From an uncultured Eubacteriales bacterium (GTDB lineage Bacteria; Bacillota; Clostridia; Oscillospirales; Butyricicoccaceae), in the NCBI GenBank assembly GCA_910586105.1, contig CAJUGU010000002.1:1797-65796 (forward strand): DNA of 64,000 nucleotides. Direction: 5' to 3'. Positions 57,829 through 64,000 of the stretch are shown here, one piece after another. A program made the position numbers and the translations under genes. The notes beneath the pieces were generated by a model. The model saw only the letters and a program-made list of their open reading frames with translations. It was not told the DNA's origin and searched no databases. The first letter of the stretch is position 1. Each line of letters starts with the position of its first letter.

Positions 57829-59070
57829 GCCGGGACTATACCTACCGCCTACCGCCTGCCGCCGGTCAGCGTCTATGACGTGGGGCGCTATGAGAATTGG
57901 CTTGCCGACCAGTCGGCGCAGGGCCTGTTTTTCCATGCCGCGAAGGAGAAAAGGCCGCTCAGCGGATTAGACCTGGGGCTGTTGGGCGGCTCTGCGCTGA
58001 TACGGTTTGAAAAGGGCGCGCCGGAGCGCCGCCGTTACCGGCTGGAACCCGCGCGCATGGACGCCGGCGATCCCCCCATGGAGGAACAGGAGCTGTATGA
58101 AGAATCAGGCTGGCGGTTCGCGGGTTCGCTGCGCGGGCTGTTCTGGGTATTTGAAGCGCCTGACCGCGCAGGCATCCCGGAGCCGCACACCGACCCGGCG
58201 GCGCTGGGCGAGCTGTACGAACGGGTCAGCGACAAGCTGAAACCGGGGAAGCTGTTCGCGCCGTGGCTCCCCTGTATCCTGCTGTACCTGATCGACATTT
58301 TCCTGATCCCGCGGGACTCGCTGATGGCCTTCCTGACCGGAACCACGAGCTGCTTTGCAGGGCTGCTGCTGTATCTGCTGGCGCAGCATTGGATTTTGTT
58401 CCGCCACCATTACAAGCCGATGCGGCGGCTGCGGGAACAGCTTGCGCATGGCGAAGCAATCGACCACAACGAGCCCTACCGGCGGGAAGCGCGCGCCTAT
58501 CGGCTGCAAAACACGGTCGTGCTGACGTTTGCAGCGGCGCTGATCGCGGCGCAGTTTTACAGCGTTTCCGCCTATCGGCGCGTGGAGCTTTCCGCAGCGG
58601 AAAATCTGCCGGTCGCGCTTCTGTCCGAGCTGGAAGGCAGCGGCTTCGCCTATGAGGAGACCGAATGGTTTCAAAACCGTCCGTACCCGAATTATGTGCA
58701 GTATGCCTGGAGCATCCTAACGCCGGGGCAGCTTTCCGTCTCGCAGAACGGCATGGTCGGGGGCGGATCCAGCGCCCTGCAAACGGAATATTACCGAGTA
58801 CGTTTCGCCGCGCTCGCGGGGCCGCTGTTTGACAGCGTGCTGAAAAACTTTTTGCGGGAGCGCCTCCGGTATGATCCCTCTGGGGAGCTTGCCTTGCGCA
58901 GCCTGCGCGCCGGCGAGCGGGCAGGGTTTGAACAGGCGGTGCTGCTCCGGCAGCGCGGAACCGAAACGTTGATCGCCCAACGCGGACACGCGGTCGTATG
59001 TATGAGCTACAACGGCCCGCAGGAGCTGACGGCGTTCCTGCCGCAGCTGACCGCCGCGCTGGAAGGCTGA
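57825..59070 (+). pseudogene. DUF2812-like membrane protein, frameshifted near the start by a 7-bp tandem duplication
   Basis: ATG after GAGGAGGGAG; removing one CCTACCG copy gives MSRDYTYRLPPVSVYDVGRYENWLADQSAQGL...YEESGW, continuous with ORF 57880-59070. Confidence 0.7.
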
Positions 59071-59144
59071 GTGACGTATGCAGCTCCTGCTCTGGCGTCC
59101 GGAAGCCTGAAGCACAAAGCCTTTCCGCAATGCGTCTTCATTTG

Positions 59145-59260
59145 GAGCCTATCCCGCAATGCGTCGTGCGCAGATTGCGCCGCCGGATGTTTCGTCAGGT
59201 GACGCAGCATGGCAGAAAAGATGTAAACAAGCTGTGTGCGGATCCTTTCGGGACAGGCTC
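59145..59260. mobile_element. Putative MITE (116 bp)
   Basis: Terminal inverted repeats GAGCCTATCCCGCA / reverse complement GAGCCTGTCCCGAA (12 of 14 match); flanks TTG and TTA. Confidence 0.45.
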
Positions 59261-59317
59261 TTAAACCCGATCGGATCCTACTTTCTTCGCCAGCGCCAGA
59301 AAATCAATCGCAGGCTA

Positions 59318-59346
59318 TTGACATTGCCCGGGCAATATGGTATACT
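59318..59346 (+). promoter_or_regulatory. marR promoter with palindromic operator in spacer
   Basis: TTGACA-17 nt-TATACT; perfect palindrome ATTGCCCGGGCAAT at 59323-59336. Confidence 0.8.
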
Positions 59347-59370
59347 TCCACCTGTAAGGAGGGAGTAACG

Positions 59371-59796
59371 ATGGAAAGACGCGGTTTGTGCGGGAAACTG
59401 CTCAAGCAGATCAGCGATGAAATGCGTAAAAACGCCAACAATGCTATGCGCGCCCAGAACATGACCCTCACGCAGATGGACGCCTTGCTCGATCTGTACG
59501 AGGCTCCCGATCTCCAGCTCTCCCTCAAGGAACTGGAACAGCGGCTGCACGTCGCGCAGTCCACCGCCGCCGGGATCGTCAGCCGTTTGGAACAAAAAGG
59601 GCTTGTCCTGGGGCTCAACGACCCAACCGACAAGCGCGTCAAGCTCGTGCAGATCACCCCGGAAGGGCTGCAATGCGTCCGGACCTCCCGCAAGTTCGTG
59701 GAAGAGGGCGAAGACCGCCTGCTTTCCGGGCTGACCGAAACCGAACGCGACATCTTCTATACCCTGCTGCTCAAAGTCCGCAGCACCTTGCCGTGA
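59371..59796 (+). CDS. MarR family transcriptional regulator
   Basis: LKELEQRLHVAQSTAAGIVSRLEQKGLV...DKRVKLVQITPEG. Confidence 0.93.
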   Translation: MERRGLCGKLLKQISDEMRKNANNAMRAQNMTLTQMDALLDLYEAPDLQLSLKELEQRLHVAQSTAAGIVSRLEQKGLVLGLNDPTDKRVKLVQITPEGLQCVRTSRKFVEEGEDRLLSGLTETERDIFYTLLLKVRSTLP

Positions 59797-59927
59797 AGCT
59801 GTCCGCCAGCCGTGCGGATCGCTTTTGCCACATTCAACAGCAAACGATCAAACGCGTCATTTCAATCGCATACTTTTAATCGTTTCATTTCAATCGTTAG
59901 CTATTGATTTAAGGAGGATTTTCATTG

Positions 59928-61310
59928 ATGAACAACAACCAAAACGCCGCAGCCGCCTTTGAAACGGCTCCCGTCCCACAGACGGTGCTGAAAAACGCCG
60001 TCCCCGCCATAGCCGCCATGCTGATGGTGCTGATCTACAATCTGGCCGACCTGTTTTTTATCGGGCAGACCCATAACGACCTGCTGGTGGCCGCAGTCTC
60101 GCTCGCGACTCCTGTGTTCCTGATCTTCCTCGCCGTCGGCAACGTTTTCGGCATCGGCGGCGCGTCGGCGATCTCCCGCGCGCTGGGCGGGGGCAGTACA
60201 GAACGCGCCAAAAAGACCTGCGCCTTCTGTATGTGGGGCTGCGTCGCGGTCGGCCTCGCGCTGTCCGCCGCCTTCCTGCTGTTTATGGATCCGCTGCTGG
60301 AGCTTGTCGGCGCAAGCGCGGACACCCGGGAGCCTGCGCAGACGTATTTGCAGATCGTCGCCTTCGGCGGGCCGTTCCTCCTGATCTCAAATTGCTTTTC
60401 CAACATCCTCCGCGCGGAAGGCCAGCCGAACCGGGCAATGGCCGGTCAGATCCTTGGCAACCTGCTCAACGTCGTGCTCGACCCCCTCATGATCCTTGCG
60501 CTTGACTGGGGGATCGCGGGCGCAGCGGCGGCGACCGTGATCGGCAACGTCGCGGGAGCCGGGTATTATCTGCTGTATTTCCTGTGGGGCCGCTCCTCGC
60601 TCAGTATCCGCCCGGCAGACTTTTCCGTCAGGGACGGGATCGCCCGCAGCGTGCTTGCGATCGGCGTCCCCGCCTCGCTCGGCTCGTTGCTGATGAGCGT
60701 TTCACAAATCGTCGTGAACGCCCAAATGTCGGCGTATGGCGATATGGCGCTCGCTGGGATCGGCGTGGCAATGAAGGTCACCATGATAAGCAGCATGATC
60801 TGCATCGGGCTTGGACAGGGCGTGCAGCCGCTGCTTGGCTACTGCGTAGGCGCAAGGCTGTGGGAACGCTTCCGGAAGGTGATGCGGTTTGCGCTGTGCT
60901 TCGCGCTCGGGCTCAGCGCCGCAATGACCGGGCTTTGCTATCTGCTCCGCGGGCAGATCGTGAGCGTTTTCCTGAGCGAGCCTGCGGCGTTTGATTACGC
61001 GATGCAGTTCACTGGTATCCTGCTGTCGACCAGCTTCCTTTTCGGCGTGTTTTTCGTGCTCTGCAACGCATTGCAGGCGATGGGCGCCGCAACGCAGGCC
61101 CTTGTTACCAACCTCAGCCGCCAGGGGCTGATCTATATCCCGGCGCTGTTCCTCTTGCAGGCGGCGCTTGGCATGACCGGGCTTGTGTGGGCGCAGCCTG
61201 CCGCCGACCTGCTTTCGACGTTCCTTGTCGCCGTGCTGTATCTTTTTGCCTCCCATAGGCAATTCGGCAATCCCTCCGGATCACAGAAGACGGCTTTATC
61301 GCCTGCGTGA
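59928..61310 (+). CDS. MATE family efflux transporter (MepA-like)
   Basis: IYNLADLFFIG, LRAEG, NVVLDPLMI, GIAGAAAAT, QPLLGY; about 12 TMs. Confidence 0.92.
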   Translation: MNNNQNAAAAFETAPVPQTVLKNAVPAIAAMLMVLIYNLADLFFIGQTHNDLLVAAVSLATPVFLIFLAVGNVFGIGGASAISRALGGGSTERAKKTCAFCMWGCVAVGLALSAAFLLFMDPLLELVGASADTREPAQTYLQIVAFGGPFLLISNCFSNILRAEGQPNRAMAGQILGNLLNVVLDPLMILALDWGIAGAAAATVIGNVAGAGYYLLYFLWGRSSLSIRPADFSVRDGIARSVLAIGVPASLGSLLMSVSQIVVNAQMSAYGDMALAGIGVAMKVTMISSMICIGLGQGVQPLLGYCVGARLWERFRKVMRFALCFALGLSAAMTGLCYLLRGQIVSVFLSEPAAFDYAMQFTGILLSTSFLFGVFFVLCNALQAMGAATQALVTNLSRQGLIYIPALFLLQAALGMTGLVWAQPAADLLSTFLVAVLYLFASHRQFGNPSGSQKTALSPA

Positions 61311-61333
61311 GCGGCGGCATGGAGCCGGTATGC

Positions 61334-61972
61334 TTACCGCTTGACCGTCGGGATCCAGTACCGCTGTATGATCCCGCTCCGGGTCATGCCTATGGGGTCT
61401 GCGGTCTCGTTTTCAAGGATCCCGCCATTCCGCCCGATCACTTTGCGGGACGCTTCATTTTCCCTGCCGCAGGCTAACAACACCTTTTCAGCGCCCGACG
61501 CGGCACAGATCGGCAGCAGTAAGCCAAGCATTGCGGTTGCATAGCCGTTCCGATGAGCGGACGCTGTAGCCGATGCTCCCAGCGTAACGGTACAGGAAAT
61601 CGGTCAGCGGATGGCGAAAATCCATGATCCCGATCAGTGCCCCGTCGCGCTTCCGGATCGCAAGACAGACCGCCGAAAGCGTGTAGCCGTCTCCGTATTT
61701 CGCCCGCAATCGTGGTTCAAAATCCAACCATTCCGCATAGCTTTCGACTTCCTCAAGCCACGCGCAGCCGTCAAAGCCTTCCCCATGCTTTAACATTTCC
61801 GCGCGGAAGTCTATGACCGCTGCTTCATGCGCGGCGGTTGGTCGGGCCAGTTTCAGAACCTGTATTCACAAGCCCGAAGCGGCGTCTGGACGGCATCTGA
61901 CGCGGTCATGCTGCGCCATCTACCGTCCGTCCACCACTTTAGCTTATAAATACAGGTTCTCAGTTTGTCCAT
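61334..61972 (-). pseudogene. GNAT acetyltransferase disrupted by a MITE and a frameshift
   Basis: Reconstructed MDKLKLARPT...GSIGYSVRSSE /shift ~61547/ GYATAML...NEASRKVIGRNGG...QRYWI. Confidence 0.85.
61856..61959. mobile_element. 104-bp MITE with 18-bp terminal inverted repeats and 3-bp target duplication (IS5-family-like ends)
   Basis: GAACCTGTATTCACAAGC ... GCTTATAAATACAGGTTC (16 of 18 match); TCA on both flanks; excision restores the GNAT start region in frame. Confidence 0.85.
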
Positions 61973-62081
61973 GGTGGGTATCCCCCTTTTTTCCTTGCCG
62001 GCGGCTCGCCCTCTCCGCCGCCGTCCTCAACAGCGGCGCCTCTTCCTACAGGAGCGTCCAGAAGGTGCTTTGCGCCCTTTT

Positions 62082-62963
62082 TTAAATATTACCGACGATC
62101 AGCCGTTCCAACTCCCGCGCCGCAATGCCGGGCGAACGGCTGCGCTGCTTTATCAGGCAGATTTCCCGAAGCGGCGGGTCTTCCTCAAGGTCCAATATGA
62201 TAATGTCTTCCGCACCCTGCGCGAATTCCTCCGGCACGAATCCGATCCCCAGATCCGACCGCACCATCGGCAGGATCTGGTCGGCGGTCGCCGCTTCGAT
62301 CACCGGCGCGAATACCAGCCCATGCTCCGCGAAAAAGTCGGTGTACAGCTCAAACGTCTTGGTCTTCGACCCCAGCGAGATCATCGGGTACTTTTGCAGT
62401 TCCCGCAGCGTGACCCGCCGCCCGCCCAGCTCTGCAAAGCTGCCGCCGCAGATCGCCGTCTCCCGGATGCCCCGGATCTTGATCTGCCGCAGCTGTGCGG
62501 TTCGCAGCGTCGGCGTCGTGACGACCGCAAAATCGACCGTGCCCTCCCGCACCGCCGCGATCGCCTGCGGGGTCGAATAATTGGAAATATACAGATGCAC
62601 ACCCGGGTATTGCGCCCTGTATTGCTTGAGCTTGGGCAACAGGCAGCAATGCAGCGCGATCTCGCTGCATCCGACCGCCACCATGCCGTTTTGCAGTCCC
62701 TGGCTGAGCGCGACTTCGGCTTCCCCCGCTTCGAGCTGCTCGACCGCGATCCGCACATGGGAATACAGCCGTTCGCCTTCATCGGTCAGTGTCATGCCCC
62801 GGTTGGATCGGATGAACAACGTACAGCCCAGCTCGTTTTCCAGGTTTTTGATCGTGCGCGTGAGGTTGGGCTGGCTGGCCATCAATACCTTGGCGGTGCG
62901 CGATAGGTTTTTGTATTTCGCAACGTAATAAAACACCCGGTAGGCGTCATAACTGATGTTCAT
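62082..62963 (-). CDS. LysR family transcriptional regulator
   Basis: FYYVAKYKNLSRTAKVLMASQPNLTRTIKNLENELG..LFIRSNRGMTLT. Confidence 0.93.
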   Translation of the reverse strand: MNISYDAYRVFYYVAKYKNLSRTAKVLMASQPNLTRTIKNLENELGCTLFIRSNRGMTLTDEGERLYSHVRIAVEQLEAGEAEVALSQGLQNGMVAVGCSEIALHCCLLPKLKQYRAQYPGVHLYISNYSTPQAIAAVREGTVDFAVVTTPTLRTAQLRQIKIRGIRETAICGGSFAELGGRRVTLRELQKYPMISLGSKTKTFELYTDFFAEHGLVFAPVIEAATADQILPMVRSDLGIGFVPEEFAQGAEDIIILDLEEDPPLREICLIKQRSRSPGIAARELERLIVGNI

Positions 62964-63127
62964 GCGCTTGTCCCTCCTTATAATATCACAGCCGTATATC
63001 TGCCATATCAAAAATATATTTTACATATGGCGCTGCAATATAGTATACTGGACCTACAGCGCGCAGTCAACCCCCGCACCCCCGACGGCGCGCGTATACA
63101 GTTTCTTTGCAAGGTGGTATCCCAATC

Positions 63128-64000
63128 ATGACAAAAGATTTGACCGTCGGAGAGCCGAAAACCGTCCTCTGGCAGTTTTGCCTGCCGCTGTTCGGCAGCA
63201 TCATCTTCCAGCAGCTCTACAACATCGCCGACAGTTTCGTCGCCGGGAAGTTCATCGGCAACGACGCGCTCGCCGCCGTCGGCAACAGCTATGAGATCAC
63301 GCTGATCTTTATTGCCTTCGCCTTCGGCTGCAATATTGGATGTTCGGTCATCGTCTCGCAGCTTTTCGGGGCCAAGCGGCTCGGCGAAATGAAAACCGCC
63401 GTCTATACGACCCTGATCGCAAGCGGCGTGCTGTGCGCCGTGCTGATGCTCGGCGGCAAGCTGTTCGGCAGCCCGCTGCTCGAATTGATCCAGACCCCGG
63501 AAACCGTTTTTGCCGATTCCCTGCTGTATCTTGACATTTACGTGCTCGGTCTCCCGTTCGTGTTTTATTATAACGTCGCGACCGGTATTTTCTCCGCGCT
63601 GGGGGATTCCAAGACTCCGTTTCTCTTCCTGGCCTGTTCGTCGGTCTCCAATATCGCGGTCGATATCCTGTTCGTCGCAGGCTTCCGGATGGGCGTCGCA
63701 GGCGTCGCTTGGGCAACCTTCCTGTGTCAGGGGATCAGCTGCGCGTTGGCGATCGCCGTGATCTTCCGCCGGTTCCGCCGGATCGAGACCGACGAAAAAC
63801 CGCGGCCCTTTTCCTGGGCGCTGCTGCGGCGGATCGCCGTTGTCGCCATCCCCAGTATTTTGCAGCAGAGCTTTATTTCAGTCGGCAATATCATCATTCA
63901 AAGCGCGATCAACGGCTTCGGCCCGGCGGTCATGGCAGGTTACTCCGCTTCGGTGAAGCTCAATAACATGGTCATTACCTCGCTCACGACGCTTGCCAAC
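63128..64000 (+). CDS. MATE family efflux transporter (5' part; runs off window)
   Basis: Manual translation MTKDLTVGEPKTVLWQFCLPLFGSIIFQQLYNIADSFVAGKFIGNDALAAVG...ALGDSKTP. Confidence 0.92.
   Translation, partial: MTKDLTVGEPKTVLWQFCLPLFGSIIFQQLYNIADSFVAGKFIGNDALAAVGNSYEITLIFIAFAFGCNIGCSVIVSQLFGAKRLGEMKTAVYTTLIASGVLCAVLMLGGKLFGSPLLELIQTPETVFADSLLYLDIYVLGLPFVFYYNVATGIFSALGDSKTPFLFLACSSVSNIAVDILFVAGFRMGVAGVAWATFLCQGISCALAIAVIFRRFRRIETDEKPRPFSWALLRRIAVVAIPSILQQSFISVGNIIIQSAINGFGPAVMAGYSASVKLNNMVITSLTTLAN

Noticed and set aside
59855..59900. CATTTCAATCG direct repeats as a CRISPR remnant
   Set aside because: Only two short copies, no spacer-length periodicity and no cas genes
1..64000. rRNA, tRNA, CRISPR array, prophage
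   Set aside because: None recognised by eye; a covariance-model scan would be needed to exclude small RNAs

Overview
GC-rich chromosomal window from a spore-forming Clostridia-type bacterium (Oscillospiraceae/Butyricicoccaceae-like, inferred from scpAB-ytfIJ-dacB-rluB synteny, an SLH protein and a SAM-I riboswitch). In order it holds: a partial membrane pyrophosphatase gene; a FabK/NMO-like flavoenzyme; AraC-iolB-iolD; an AT-rich papain-like protease plus partner gene; a mosaic transglutaminase-domain S-layer protein; the scpAB cluster with an inserted FtsK-gamma/degenerate Mrr gene; ldh; two alpha-galactoside/sucrose loci (melB-GH36 and PTS-GH32-GH36); a two-component system with a VanY-like peptidase; glgX opposite a solute-binding protein/chemoreceptor pair; an ECF sigma/anti-sigma pair; a flagellin remnant; HIT, radical SAM and FkbM genes; metK with its riboswitch; and a decaying PadR/DUF2812/MarR/MATE/GNAT region with short MITE-like insertions. 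The best candidate for an undescribed system is a two-gene operon at 54.3-55.8 kb. It pairs a Pro-rich protein ending in a periodic Ser/Thr/aromatic tail (...SFTTSFTTSYLTTY...GGYGLELI) with a GT-A-like DxD enzyme, suggesting a dedicated substrate/modifying-enzyme pair. No rRNA, tRNA, CRISPR array, intact transposase or prophage was seen. All family calls come from motif recognition by eye; no searches were run.
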